A stretch of DNA of 64,000 nt from positions 125,632 through 189,631 of the forward strand of contig CAXHJY010000414.1 of assembly GCA_964016885.1 (NCBI GenBank), written 5' to 3'. A program made the translations under genes and the position numbers. The notes beneath the pieces are model-generated. The model did not search any database, was not told the origin of the DNA, and saw only the letters and a list, made by a program, of their open reading frames with translations. Shown in pieces: positions 13,246 to 26,932 of this stretch. Numbering within the stretch: the first letter of the stretch is position 1; each line of letters starts with the position of its first letter. Source of the DNA: Eledone cirrhosa (Eukaryota).

Positions 13246-15316
13246 CAGAGACATTTATACAATCATATGCACATTGATACATAACAGAGTGTGTGTGTGT
13301 GTGTAAATTATGTGATAATTTGTAAACAACGAGCATACGTAAAATAAATTAAAAATTTAAAGTAGAAATCAACAACAAAAACTCACTGCGTTTAATGTGC
13401 TGAAAACTCTATTGACATCTTAACACTGCTAATGAACTGTTTCACACAATGGTCAGAGTATAAGTAAGAGTATCCAGTATCTTGGCTTAGTGGTGATCAT
13501 ATATAATATACTTCTTCTTCACTCACTCCTCTCCTCCACTCACAGCCGTGTATCGGCTTGATCCTTGCTCCAGGGAAAGATTAGCGGGAGTAGATTGTGT
13601 TTCACTTATTTTATATGTATTTGTTTTATTGCTTCTTGATTTCTCGGATTAGATCGTGTGTCGTTTTATAGTCATGTTCAATTATTCATTGCTTTATAAA
13701 CGTTTAGCTTTAGCTTTTAATTCTATGTCTACTAGGTTAAAAACTGAGAAGTACATCGATGTATGACCTTGATAAGGATTCTCTAATGTAAGCCAATCAA
13801 TATGGTTTTGCAGGTAAAAGTTGAAAAGCAAGGTAAATGTCTATAAAGTGGGTATCGTTGAAAAGAGAAAAAGAATATATATCGATATATCTTTCATTGT
13901 ATTTTTACTATGATGATATATTAGTGATACTGAGTAATATTGAACACTGATATTTCATTGCTGTAGTATTTGTTTAGATGTACTTATTGATGAGTGATTA
14001 ATTGCTAAGTACAAACTGAAAAGAAGTGAAAAACAAAACAGAACCACTTTCCATGCCAACCAGAAACTAATGATTTCACAGTGATGTCGCTTAAAATCAG
14101 TGTATATTCATAGTACAGATTAATCTATCTGTAATAGTAACAGATTCTAGTTGCAGGTAATCCACTCGATGTATTTAAATATCGTTGCTACTTCACTATT
14201 GAATACAGGAGTAGCATGGAGGTGACAATTGTGATATTATTTAAGTCAAAACAGTGCTCAATCCAGCCAAGTTGATTCTGCTTTTCACTTCCGCGTGTTT
14301 CGGGTTAATGACATAGACGCATGATACTAAAATCAATAACTATAATTGCCTCTCCTTTAAAAAATTAAAAAATATTTCTGCCCAGACACACGACCTCAAC
14401 ATTGAGAATTGTATTACCATACCTTTTAGTTTCGTATTTTAAGTATCCCTACATCGCCATGTATATATATATATGTGAGTGGCTAATCAAAATCCTTTGA
14501 GTACGTTGAACATCGTCAGTATTTTGATATTTTAAAATGTTGAAAAATTTATCTTCCTTTTCTCTGATTCTCTACTTCTGCCTACACCATATAGATCGTT
14601 AGACTTCCAGTAAATGCTAACGAGATGCTTGTTTATAATCTGGAAGCTAATATGTTGCTATATATATATCAACAGACAGCAAACTGGAAATGAAAAGTGA
14701 TACATCAACTTGCACAGAGGTTTGTTATTGAAGTCTCATGAAGGAAATGCGTGTGAGAGAGAGGGGAATATGGTTATAAATTGGAAACACTGGACTGTGG
14801 GATTGTATAATGGAATAGAAAAAGTAACACAGATTAAAAGTAAAAAGAACAGAAATGAATGTATTAGTGATTGGATGGGACTTAAGGAGTGTCAATGGGT
14901 TGTAGGAGCAGGAAAAGTAAGGAACATATATAGAGGAGGTACTGTTTAGAGCGGTAGTTAATATGTAGATGGTGAAAATATATGAATAAAATGAATTAGT
15001 TTATAATAATGGATATTATATCCGGAAAGGCAACCTGATTGACTTTTATTTGTTTCCATACCAAGTAAAGCACTTATAACACCAAACATATATAAAGTCA
15101 ACAATTATAAGTAAAAATAAAAATAAAAATAAAAATAAAAACGCGAAATCGATAACTGTACCACAGGAATAATACACAACTGCCAGAGTAGTAGTAGTAG
15201 GTATTAAATAAAAAAAAATCTCTAGCATAATTAAAAACTACATAAACTGGAAATTCCTGTTTGTGTCTGACAGAGGGAATCAGTAGCCAGATTCTGTCAA
15301 GCCAACGGGAAACGGC

Positions 15317-15392
<76 letters not shown>

Positions 15393-16587
15393 TAGAGATA
15401 GAGAGAAAGAGAGAGAGGGAGAGAGAGAGAGAGAGAGAGATTTATTCAATAATCAGATATGCTAAAAGACTAATAGGAATGTGTTAACGATCTTAGCAAT
15501 CATAGGAAATGGAGGCAATCAGGTAGATATTATGCGTAAATTTCAATCAAACAATATATTTTAGATCGCTATAACTGATTGGAAAATCTCTTGTATTATA
15601 GGTTTACTATATTTTACCGTATGCATTGTAGGGTTTTATTTGGGAAAACAGCATTTACATTAATAATAGAGACAACATAAATGTAAAACCAAACGAATAG
15701 AAAAAATAAACGTCAGCAAAAGAAAAAAACACGTATGGAAAAGTCTAAATACTTTTTCTGTATTTGTGTATTTGTTTATTAACCACGAGCCCTTTCAGGA
15801 CTTATGAGAGCGATGGGACAGAGTTTGGAAGATCTCCTCACATCGGAGAACTGAGTGAAAAGAGAACAAATTCTACTAAAGCCACTCAAGGGCTGGGTAG
15901 TGATGTTAATGCAGACAACCTGTACCTTCTAGCCTCCTAATAGAACTCGTCAAGATTAGAACTCAGAACGTGAAGATTCAGAACAAGTACTACAAGGACA
16001 ATGTATTTCGTGGAAGACCAGCAATCGCCCATGTATACCTGACTCCCATCTCCACGCCACCGTTGTTGTTTAACGGAGAGAGGAAGGGTGATGCAGCTTG
16101 GCACTTGTGTCGAGTGAACAGGACTAACCTGAAATAATGTCTTGCACAATGCGCCACCCTGTCTAAAAATCACACACCAGACCTGACGATTTTGTGCCGA
16201 GCAGCTTAACCACTGCAAATGTAAATTTATAATTTAAATACATGAGTATAAATATAATCAATGAAACGTACTATCGTTAGCAACTAAAGAAGGCAGGGAA
16301 ATTATATATGATCTTTATAGATATCAATCTTTGTTTAAGGAAGTGTTGCGAGTTATGTTTCTCTGTATCTTAGGAACGTTGGAAGTTCATTAGCAAAGGT
16401 AAAAAACAGACGAAATAAAGTAAAAAGCTAATGTAAAAATCTAATCAAAAGACAGTATAATAAGACATATGTTAAAACAGAATAAGACTTGTTCAAAGCA
16501 GGTTGGAATTCATGAATTATGATAGTGTTTTATATTAATGTTCTGATCGATTCCACGAATGAAACATCTAATAATAATAAGAATAAT

Positions 16588-16810
16588 AGTTTCTGATCTA
16601 CGCACAAGGTCAGCAATTTTTTTTCTTTTTTGGGGTGGGATAGGTGGGAAGTCAATTAAATTGAGCCCTGTGCGTGACTGGTACTTTATTATATCGACTC
16701 CGTAAGGGTGAAATGCAAAGCTGACATCAGTGGGATTTGAACTCAGAATGTAAAGGGCCGTAACAGTATGCCGCGAAGCAGCGTGTCCTATGCTGTACCG
16801 CTACTTCCAA
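16588..16810 (-). mobile_element. SINE family A copy (diverged)
   Basis: GGTACTTTATTATATCGACTCCGTAAGGGTGAAA and GGGATTTGAACTCAGAATG are reverse-complement matches to the family. Confidence 0.75.
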
Positions 16811-17511
16811 ATAATAATAATAATAGAATACATAGGCTAGCGGAATAGTTGTCAGGAGCACTATAATACACCGAAGTTTTCAGGTTTCAATGTTAAAATG
16901 TCCTTTTTGTGTCGGCTGCCGTCGGGACCTCCGGTATGCTGGGTCTCAGGATTGATGTTCTATCCTGCAAACATGGGGTGGTTGTGCATACGGCCTTAAA
17001 AAGACCTTCCCGAGATGGCACGGTTGGTTTCTGTGGCAGTGCTTTCAGGATCTTATCCGCGGGGGCCAAGCTAAGATATACCACCCAGGCAAGGACCTAG
17101 AACTTCCCACCCCCCTTCTCCATTTTTCATTATTTAATTTCTCCTTTTTTTTCTTTTTTCTCTGCAGTTTATTATTTCAAAATACTTTATTACATACGTC
17201 TTTTCTCTAAGGAATTGGTTTTGGTTATGATTTGATAAAAAACATAATTAACATCTTAATACAGCCAGTCCTTACTTAACGACTTTGTCACACATACCAG
17301 CGATATCGTGGGGCAGTCAACATTGCAGCAATTGTACAACATTCAATTTTCTGACCCTAGAATGTTTCCCTGCACGCCACTGTTACACACAAAACCACAT
17401 ATCGATGATGTACAAACACAGTTTTATCACATGCTTGTATGCACATAACACACGTGAATTGTGTATATATGCGTGCAGGAATAAATAAATAAATATATAT
17501 ATATATAGATA

Positions 17512-17870
17512 TATAGAGAAAATTGAGGTTGGTAATGGCACATGGAATATATAAGAGACAGAATACTTTTTTGTGAAAAAACATATAATTTTATAAGGTA
17601 AGGAAATAATAAAGGGTATAAAAAATGACCGGTTTCGATGGGTCTGCAAAAGCCATCTTTTCAAATGTTGATTAATATTAAGAAAAATTAATAATACGAA
17701 GAGTTAAAATTTGAGATTTGAAAATTCAAGTATAAAATTCATTTTGGGATTTCATAGTAGTTTTCATCTAGGTAGCAACAACAGGTTGACTGCTGTGTCC
17801 CTTTCTGGTAGTGAATGAGAAGTTATTTGGGGTGTGGGTTATTTTATAAAGGTCAAATTTAGCAATGGCC
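17512..17870 (-). repeat. downstream pseudo-LTR of PLE-A (359-bp direct repeat)
   Basis: Nearly identical (one mismatch seen) to 22298-22656, offset 4786; abuts (TA)n. Confidence 0.9.
17620..17670 (-). ncRNA. type I hammerhead-like motif, U3-A8 core variant, in PLE-A pLTR
   Basis: Minus strand UUGAAAA-GAUGG-cuuuugcagac-CCAUC-GAAAC-CG-GUC; palindromic ACCGGU stem III; stem I weak (AACAU/AUUUU). Confidence 0.65.
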
Positions 17871-18143
17871 AACTGGCCAGCTGCTGGTCAGTGAGGGGAT
17901 GGAAGCTATATACATACATATATCTTCCTGTGGTGGGTAGGAGAGTGGAGCGTGATAGAAAGGGATTTAGTGCACTTACACCTATATATACACACATACC
18001 TTCATCCACACATACATACATATACATATACATACACATATACATATATATATATATATACATATACACACATACACACACATATACACACACACATACA
18101 TATACATACACACATACACACACACACACACATATATACACAT

Positions 18144-18186
<43 letters not shown>

Positions 18187-18779
18187 TATATATACATACA
18201 CATACATCCAGATACACACATACATACACACACACACATATATATATATACACACATATATATATATATATATATACACTCACACCCACACATACATACA
18301 CACACACACACACATATATATACATACACACATACAAACATACACACACACATATATATATATACACATACACACACATATATACACACACACACACACA
18401 TATATACACATACATACACCCACACACAGAGAAATGGCCTCCAAATATATATATATATATATACATACATACACATATATTTTTTCCATAATATAAGAAG
18501 TTGGGACAGTGAAATTAAAATACAAGTCATTCTGATCACATTGAGTTCTTCATGTAGATTGGGCCCCGCAACCGACAGTGGTGAATTCTGTGTGCGCATA
18601 TATATATAGATATATGTGTGTGCACGTGCAGGGTTTAACATGGATGTGTTGGTCACACAAAGGCATGGTCTGTCAACGAATAAACCTGATTCTACAGAAT
18701 TGGTCTCTGGTCTTTCATAGTAGTGATTCCGTGCGTATGTGTGTTTATATTTTATGACAATTCTATTGGGGTGATAAGG

Positions 18780-19308
18780 AATAGATTTTCTTTGTTTATT
18801 CTTTGTTGCTGTGTGAACGAATCTGAGCACTTGTAGAAGGGGGAGATTTTAAAGTTGGGTAGTGTCATTCCTGCGCAGTTCGCAATATGGCTGCTCAAGG
18901 GGATTTTCTTGTGCTAGCGTCCCGGATTTGTTGGCGGTGGATGGTCATTCTTTTGCGTAATGAGGTGCCCGTCTGTCCTATGTAGTTGTGTTTGCACCCA
19001 CCGCAAGTTATTGCGTAAATCAAGTTCGCCGAGTTGCAGGTGAAATTGTTTTTTACTGTAAATGTTTGGCCATCTTTGAATGTAAATGTTTGTCCTTCAG
19101 TGAGGTAGAGGCACGTTCCACAGTTTGTTCTACCACATTTGGTAACTGTAGGGTTGAGGATTGGTTTGGGTATATTTGGTCCAGTGAGAATGCGTTTAAG
19201 TGATTTGGGTTGTCTTTTACTTTTAAGGATCTTGTGTGTTTCAAGAATAGACTTCATTTTTACATCTTTAAGTAGGATGGGGAGGTTTTTGTGTAGGTGA
19301 TCAAACAT
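18780..19308 (-). pseudogene. PLE-A GIY-YIG endonuclease domain
   Basis: CGRTNCGTC linker, then FTCNSANLIYAITC...YIGQTGTSLRKRMTIHRQQI; frameshifted and truncated C-terminus. Confidence 0.9.
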
Positions 19309-19432
19309 TTCGGTATTTCTGGGGTTGAAAGTGGATACATATGGCAGGGTGTTGAGTGTGGTTTTCTGTTTTGGATTGTTAAGTTGATGGGGATTTAGGT
19401 GTTTTGCCCTGTCTATTCCATTGTTGATTATT

Positions 19433-22236
19433 TCAAGTGGAAAGGCTCTTAAGTTCCTTTAGTCTTTGCTCCCGTTTAGGTGGATCTGATACTATGGTAC
19501 ATATACGTTTGGCCAAATTGTAAGGAATGTTAAGTTTTGTATGTTTTGGGTGACTTGATGTGAAAAAGAGGTATTGCTTGGAATCTGTGGGTTTATAGAA
19601 TATATCTGTATCTAATTTCCCGTCTATTACAAAGATGAGAATATCCAAGAAGGCTAATTCCTTAGGATTGGATTCCATTGTGAATTGTATGTTATTATCT
19701 ATGTTTTTTATCATGTTTTTAAACGTAGTAAGTGAGTTCATGTCTTCTTGCCATAGGATAAAGCAGTCGTCTAGATATCTTTTCCAATTGGCTTTGAGGT
19801 GTGTGTGGAAAGAGTCTCCAAATAAGAGAAGGGACTGACTGTATATTTGTTGTTCATGGAATCCCATGACTAGGTTGGCATATGTGGGTGCAACTTTCGT
19901 GCCCATTGCCGTACCTGATACTTGTCTGTATGTTGAACCATTGAATGTGAAGTAGTTATTTTGTAGGATAAAGCGGAGTCCGTCAGTGATAAAATCTGTG
20001 TTGATGCGTGTCGGTATTTCTGATAGGTGTGTGTTAAGCCAGTATTGGACTGCTGTTATTCCATAGTTGTGAGGTATGTTTGTGTAGATGTTTATTACGT
20101 CAAAGGAGACAAGAATTGTATTTGCACTTACTGTTTTAGGGAGGTGTTTCAGCATGTCAAGGTCATCTCGTATGTAGCTCTGTATATGTTGTAGAAAGGG
20201 TTTCAGTAGGATGTCCAGAAAGTTGCTAAGTCTGTGGGTTTCACATGTAGGGCCTGCTATAATTGGCCTGAGTTTTAGGTCTTCTGGTGGTGTTAGTTCA
20301 ATGTAATTGTTGGTTGAGGTGTCACATGCATCGTTTATGGGTTTACATTTGTGGAGTTTCGGTAAGCCGTAAAAAGAGCTTGTATTGCATTTGAAGTGGC
20401 TTATATAGTTAAACTCTTTTGTGGTTAAGCTGTTGCGGTATTTATTCAGTAAGGTCAAAAGGTTCCCCATTGTTTTGGTGTGTTTGTAGTTTTCTGTTTT
20501 TTCATAGTATGTGTTGTTTTCTAAAATGTTAAGTGCGAGGGTCCTATAGTAGTCCGTATTCATAATGACAACAGTACTGCCTTTATCGGCTTCTTTGATA
20601 GTTATCTCAGGGTTGTTTCTAAGTGTGAATAATTCTTCCCATTCGTGTGTAGATAGGTTTGTTTTCGTGTGTTTATTTGTAATTTTTTCATAGGGAAAGT
20701 TGGTGATGTGTTCGCAGTACGTGTCCAGTGCTTTATTTCTTCCCTTTTGTGGGCAGAAATTGCTTTTATTTCTAACCAGTGATTCGTCTTCAGTGGTGGT
20801 GTCGTTGTGGAAGAATTCCGTTAGTCGTAGCTTTCGGCAGTATTCCATGATGTCATCCTTCATTTCGGGGAAGTTTGGTTTACGTGGTGTAGGTGTAAAT
20901 TTCAGGCCCTTACTTAAAATGTTGATTTGTGTGTTGGTTAGAGGTGTCTTTGAGAGGTTGATTATTTTTGGTTTCTCCTGAGGGGGGGGGGGGGGGGGGG
21001 GGCATCGAGTATCCTGGTATTTCAGGCTTTTCCCTAAAAAAGAAATGTAGTTTTGTGTGTGATTATATTTTGTTGGTCTGTTGCGTGTGGGTCTGTAGCT
21101 TGTTGTTTCATGAGGGTGAATGTGATGGTGGGGGTGGTATGTGTTGTGGTTGTTGATGAGCAAGGGTTCTGTTGTTGGTTCATGTGGTCTGGGTGCGTTA
21201 TTTCTGTGGTACAGAGTGTTGAGGTTGGGGGGTTGTCTTTTGTTGGATTGAGGGTGATGTCTGGTGTGGTTGTGGGTAAGTTCTGTTGTGATTTCAAGTG
21301 GTCTGGGTGGATTTCTTCTGAGGAATGTGGTGTGTGTGTTGTGAGTTGGATCTATGTTATTTCGTCGTTGGTTTATGTAGGGGGCATTTCTACGGAAACC
21401 TGTGTTGTGGTGGTTGGGTGTGTTTCTTTTGGTGTAGTTGGCCGTATTTGGTTTGTGTTGGTGGGGGGTGTGCCTGTGGTTAGTGTGTGTTGGGTTTGGT
21501 GGTGTAAATGTGTCTGTTGTAGTTCTTGTTATGTTCAAATGCTTTATAAAGGGGTTACCTGTTTGGTGCGTCCTTTTAAAGTCTTCATATTTGAGGAACC
21601 AGTTTTCGGATTTTTCCCACCGTTTAAGGGAAATAATTTCTGCATTCTCGCAGTCCTGTTTCCACGATTTGATTAAATTTTGTAGGGTTGTTCCCTCGGC
21701 CTTTTTAGTGCATTCTTCCTCCATATTTTTATCAGTATCCTTATACTCTTGCTCGTTTGAGGTGGCCCTTAATTTTAGGAGTTCTATTTCCATGTTTATC
21801 CTGTGAGTGACATTTGTTCGCGGAGTTTTCTTTCTGGTTCAGGTTCGTTTGTAATATGCTTTATTTGGAATTTACGTGGTAAAACTATCGGTATTGAGTT
21901 AATCCATTTTTGGTAAATTCCAGCTTTGTTGAGGTTTTTTATCATATTCCAGAAAGTGAATTTTCTGGTTTTTAGATGTTTTTTCCAGAGGTGTCCCATT
22001 TGGTTTTTGATATGGAGCAATGTCGTTTGTTCTGTGTTGGTATTCATAAGTTTTTCGATGGAGTTGCATACGTTTTGAACGTTTAAATAAATTTGGTTGT
22101 CAGTCGGTGTGGTGGTTTGGGGTATATCCTGTTTTTTTGTCAGAATGGTGAGTTTTCCATTTATCTCTTTTAGGATTTTCAGGATTTCCTCATTTATATT
22201 GGAGTTTGAAGTTGTGTTGTCTTGTTCCAGTGCCAT
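19433..22236 (-). pseudogene. PLE-A reverse transcriptase with N-terminal extension
   Basis: IINLS, KEADKG, FYGLPKLHK, RPII, SFDVINIYTNIP, GTAMGTKVAPTYANL, WKRYLDDCF, FLDI, YKPTD and HP motifs; frame breaks near 21795 and 19440. Confidence 0.92.
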
Positions 22237-22297
22237 TTTCCGGATTTGCGTAGGTTAGTATATATGAAAAATGTAATTTTCTACACAAAACGAAGGT

Positions 22298-22656
22298 TAT
22301 AGAGAAAATTGAGGTTGGTAATGGCACATGGAATATATAAGAGACAGAATACTTTTTTGTGAAAAAACATATAATTTTATAAGGTAAGGAAATAATAAAG
22401 GGTATAAAAAATGACCGGTTTCGATGGGTCTGCAAAAGCCATCTTTTCAAATGTTGATTAATATTAAGAAAAATTAATAATACGAAGAGTTAAAATTTGA
22501 GATTTGAAAATTCAAGTATAAAATTCATTTTGGGATTTCATAGTAGTTTTCATCTAGGTAGCAACAACAGGTTGACTGCTGTGTCCCTTTCTGGTAGTGA
22601 ATGAGAAGTTATTTGGGGTGTGGGTTATTTTATAAAGGTCAGATTTAGCAATGGCC
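22298..22656 (-). repeat. upstream pseudo-LTR of PLE-A
   Basis: Direct repeat of 17512-17870. Confidence 0.9.
22406..22456 (-). ncRNA. type I hammerhead-like motif, U3-A8 variant (second pLTR copy)
   Basis: Identical to the motif at 17620-17670. Confidence 0.65.
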
Positions 22657-22980
22657 TTAGGGACAAATTGCATTATACCCAGGGAAATAATAGTCCTAAT
22701 AGTAGCCCTACCAGTGTTGTTATAACACATAATATGTCCATTGGTAATAGAGGTGTCTCGAATAGGAGGGTTCTAAATACCGGTGAAATGAGCCAGCAGG
22801 GTACCATTAGTCTAAGTAATAGCAATGGTAGGCCTCGCAGCTCCCCGCATAAACTAGGTGAGCATAGTAAGCGTAGAAATAATAATATTAATAATAATAA
22901 TAATAATAATACTGATGGAAATAAAAAGAATAGAAGAAGATTGAATACATATTTCAACCCCCCCCCCATTTAACTCTGAA

Positions 22981-23685
22981 GTGGCTATAAATATTCCTAG
23001 GGCCTTCTTCTCTGTGTTAGAAAGGAACTTCCCTCCTGGTAATAGGTACCACTCTATCCTCAATAAGAATGTTGTTAAACTTTCGTATTCTACAACCCAA
23101 AATCTGGCCTCTCATCTAGCCAATACTAATAATAGGAAAATAAAGGAAGGCCTAGACAACCTAAGCCTAGGGGAAAACACGGTAGTGGACAGAGGGAGCC
23201 TGGACACACGTGGTCAGCAAGCTGGTGATCATTCTGAGAATAGCATCACTAGAAATTGTAACTGTAGAAGGGCTTCGGGTTGCCCCCTGAATGGTTTCTG
23301 CCTTATTAGAAACATAGTTTACGCGTGTGATGTGGTAACTACGGCGTCCACTAAAACTTATATAGGATCTATTTCCACCCCCTTTAAGACCAGGTTTAAC
23401 TCTCACCAGTGCACTTTTAGACACAATAAACTGAGGAATTCCACCTCCTTGGCAGCGTACGTCCACAATTTAAAAAATGCACGAACACATTACACCCTCA
23501 CTTGGCGGCAGGTTGCTAAATCCCATCCATATACTCCTCATAATAGAGTATGTAACCTATGCCTTGCTGTATCCCACTCTATTATATTTGCTAAATGCTC
23601 TCTACTAAACAGAAAGTCAGAAATATTTTCCTCTTGCCCCCACCGAATATTAAGCTCTTTCTTCTACTTTAAACCTATTAGCTAG
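22981..23685 (+). pseudogene. PLE-B GIY-YIG endonuclease
   Basis: YFNPP upstream, KLSYST, CNCRRASGCPLNGFCL, NIVY, YIGS...FKTRFNSH, TSLAAYV, CNLCL, LLNRKSE..SCPHR. Confidence 0.9.
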
Positions 23686-25873
23686 CACTTTCTTAATTCT
23701 CCAGTTGGGCTATCTTATGTAACTGTCTCTTATTGTGTGTAATTGTTTCCTATTGTTTGTCTTCTATGTATATGAGTCTGTGTGTGTATACGTATGCCTG
23801 CGGGAGAATATCGATCTGGATATTGAGGTGTACTTGTGAGTTGGTGTGTATGTTAATAAGCACCCCTGTTTGGCACAGTGGATGTGGCCCATCCACCCTC
23901 GCATAGCCACCCTTAGTGCATTGGTGGGTCTATCCCAACGTGTATTTTGTGGATCTGTACCACTGTATGCGCATGAGTTATGATGTAATATATCTATGTA
24001 GAGCGTGTACTGCGATATAGGCTGTACAAATGGAAATCTATCCCGTAACTGTGGGCTGACCTGTGCCATCTCGCCATTAGCGGTGGATACGTAGCACATG
24101 CACGTGTTACCCTCCTATTCTGTGGTTTAAGATCTACAGGCTGACTTCGGAGAGCTCTTGCCCGGTGTTGTAGTCTTTCTAGCACAATCGGCCTTCCATA
24201 TATCGACGGTCGTTTTTATTATCCCAAAAGTAACGTTTTGGCCCCGATAGCCCTCCGTAGTTATTAACGGTCTGTTTACACTCGAATCGGACTACACGTG
24301 TGGACATGCATATCTTCGTAGGAGTTTACTTTGATCAATTTTGCTGCATCTCCTCGTAAGAATTTATCTTGAATGTATTATCTGTGACCAGTGTGAGCGA
24401 CTGTTCTGCCTGTGTTGGCCTAATGTGATATTTCTGTGTATTATATCCGCTTTGACCCGGGTGTCCTACGCTGTGTGTGTGTGCGTGTGTGTCTGTATAT
24501 ACATCTATATGTGTATGGGTGTAGGTGGTTGTATATGTCTATGTATAAATATATATATATATGTATACCGTCTCTGCATATGCATGTCGTGTGTGTATAT
24601 GCATATACGTACTAACCATATTGTTGTATAATCTTGGGATGCATCAATGTTGTGATCTCATGGATATTGGCATTTGAAGCAATTTTTTATATTTTTTATA
24701 TGCGCTGTTGAGTATGCATATTAACCCGCCTAACCCAACTGTATTTGCTTGCTTTCGGCTAGCCCACCTGCACTTGCTTGCTTTCGGCCCGCCTATCTGC
24801 CTCTTGATGTTCATGTTGATGTAAACGATTTTGCTTGCTACCTTGTGACGTTGTGACACTCAGTTATCTGCCCGTGAATTTACCTTCCTTGCATACGTCC
24901 TCGCTGGTGATGTGGATATGCCTCTGTTGACCAATGGATTCCTGCCTCGAGTGTGAACCTTTTGTGATTGCCCCACCGCTCAACTGTGTGAATGCACACC
25001 CGTGACTTTAGAGTGTGAACTTCTGCGACTGCCTAACCTGGGATGTCTCCATTGCATTGCAATGGTCAACTCAATCGAGTGTGGACATAGCACCTGTGAT
25101 TATAAACCCCATTTGTGCATTTGATTGTTGTGATATGGCTAAATGTAACACTTAAGGCGTTCGTGTGCCCCTGATATATTCAAGAAATATATTCTAAAAA
25201 TATATATCTTATCTCACTTTACTTTATTTTATTTTATTTTATTTCATTGTATTTTATTTTATATAATTTTAATTTTAATTTAATTTTATTTTATTCTTTA
25301 CCCTTTATCTCTACTATCTGTATTTTTTATATATATATTTTTTATATTTTTTATATATATTATTTGTCTATTTTTTATCCATTTTTTATCTATTTTTTAT
25401 CTATTTTTATCTACTCCTATCTATCTTATCTATTCTTGTCTATTCCTTATCTATTCTCTTTCTCTTATCCATGGTTAATCTATTTTTTATCTATGGTTAA
25501 TCTATTTCTATCCTTTGTTTATCTTACTTTTACCCATTGTATTTTTACCCATTGTATATCCACCACTCATCTCTTAGCTTTTGCATACTCGTCCATGATA
25601 TGTTATTGAATTAGTTATTTGTATTAGTCTATATGTTATTGTATTGGTTATTTGTATTAGTCTATACTATATGTGTTGCATATGGCTGCCTGTTGTGTGG
25701 TTGCATGCGGGTGCTCATGCTTATGCGTATGCTTGTATGTAACTGTATGTTAACAGCACCCTGCCCAACTGTGACTGTTAGCACTTATTATTTTTCAATG
25801 CTTATTTTTCAATGTTTATTTTTTATTTCTTCAATGTCTTGGATTTGTTATTGCTTGTGTAATATGTAATCAC

Positions 25874-25933
25874 TCTTTATGCTCTGATGAGTCCCACTTA
25901 TAGTGTGGACGAAACACTGTCAGCAAGTAAAGA
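25874..25933 (+). ncRNA. type I hammerhead ribozyme (canonical core)
   Basis: UCUUUAU-GCU-CUGAUGA-GUCC-cacuuauagugu-GGAC-GAAAC-ACU-GUC^AGC-aa-GUAAAGA; all core nucleotides present; predicted cleavage after 25921. Confidence 0.88.
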
Positions 25934-26081
25934 TATACCTATGCTCTAAGCGTTCTTTGTTGTTAATTATATATATATACATATATATATACATACACAT
26001 ATATATATATATATATTTACATACATACATATGTATATATATATATATATATTTACATACATACATATATATGTGTGTGTG

Positions 26082-26129
<48 letters not shown>

Positions 26130-26149
26130 CATATGTATGTCTGTGTGTA

Positions 26150-26182
<33 letters not shown>

Positions 26183-26322
26183 TGAGTATATGTTGGTTAT
26201 TTACCGACACCTCAGTATGCAGATTGGAGCACTCGACGAAGTACGCAGGTTGGTTTGTTTACTCCGGAGTAATGTAAAATAAGTAAGTCAAACATGTAAA
26301 ATTTGGCTTCGTTTATTATAAA

Positions 26323-26868
26323 CTAGCAGTAAAGCCCGGCGTTGCTCGGGGTCGCTCAGTAGCTGTGTTAAAGTTACAATGTTAAGTTTCTTTTTTGGCT
26401 TAAAGTCTGTCTGCACGACTGTCTGTCTGCACGCCTAACGAAATTTATAGACTTGTTTTCAAGTAAAAATATTGTTTTAAAAGGCTTTTAAATGGAAATG
26501 AAGCAAAACGGAAGCTTAGTGTTCGAACAGATGAATTTTGCAGGTCAAAATTTTGCTGGCTCGAGAACTGTTCGTGTATTGTGTTAATGTCATTTTAAAC
26601 GCTGAGAAAGCCAGCGTAATTTTTTTAAGGCGCTCAATGTAAACAGAACAAAGGGAAATAACTCGTCACTTACGCTCAAAAATCGATACATTAGATTCGA
26701 TTTCGTCACATAGGGTGGGTCAATTTGAAATATTATTTTTCCGATGTCTTCGCTAGGGCTCAATGTACAAGTATAGCAATTTCGGTGCAATTCCGTCAGA
26801 GATTCTAAGAGGAGATGTGTGCCAAAAATCGATAGACAGACAGACAACCACAGCTTTATATATATAGA
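26323..26868 (-). mobile_element. non-autonomous Helitron
   Basis: Minus strand begins TCTATATATATAAAGC..(GTCT)n and ends CCCG-agcaacgc-CGGG hairpin..CTAG; inserted between A and T with no TSD. Confidence 0.85.
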
Positions 26869-26879
26869 TTATAAACTCT

Positions 26880-26932
26880 CTGCTATATATATTTCGGTGA
26901 CAGCTATTATTGGCTGTGACCTCTTTAGGCAG
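26880..26932 (-). ncRNA. decayed type I hammerhead (G5A)
   Basis: Minus strand CUGC-CUAAAGA-GGUCACAGC..GCUGUCACC-GAAAUAUAUAUA^GCAG; stems largely intact, essential G5 mutated. Confidence 0.7.

Larger units (their letters stand above)
17512..22656 (-). mobile_element. Penelope-like retroelement PLE-A (Neptune-like Cys linker), frameshifted
   Basis: RT plus GIY-YIG ORFs bracketed by HHR-bearing direct repeats. Confidence 0.88.
22657..25967 (+). mobile_element. 5'-truncated Penelope-like element PLE-B with long 3' UTR
   Basis: End of the RT/linker region, GIY-YIG ORF, about 2.2 kb of 3' region, terminal HHR and then (TA)n. UTR extent is inferred. Confidence 0.7.

Noticed and set aside
16893-17130. 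GC-richer coding-like patch (possible LINE ORF1 fragment or exon)
   Set aside because: No diagnostic motif or convincing splice structure; needs a BLAST search.
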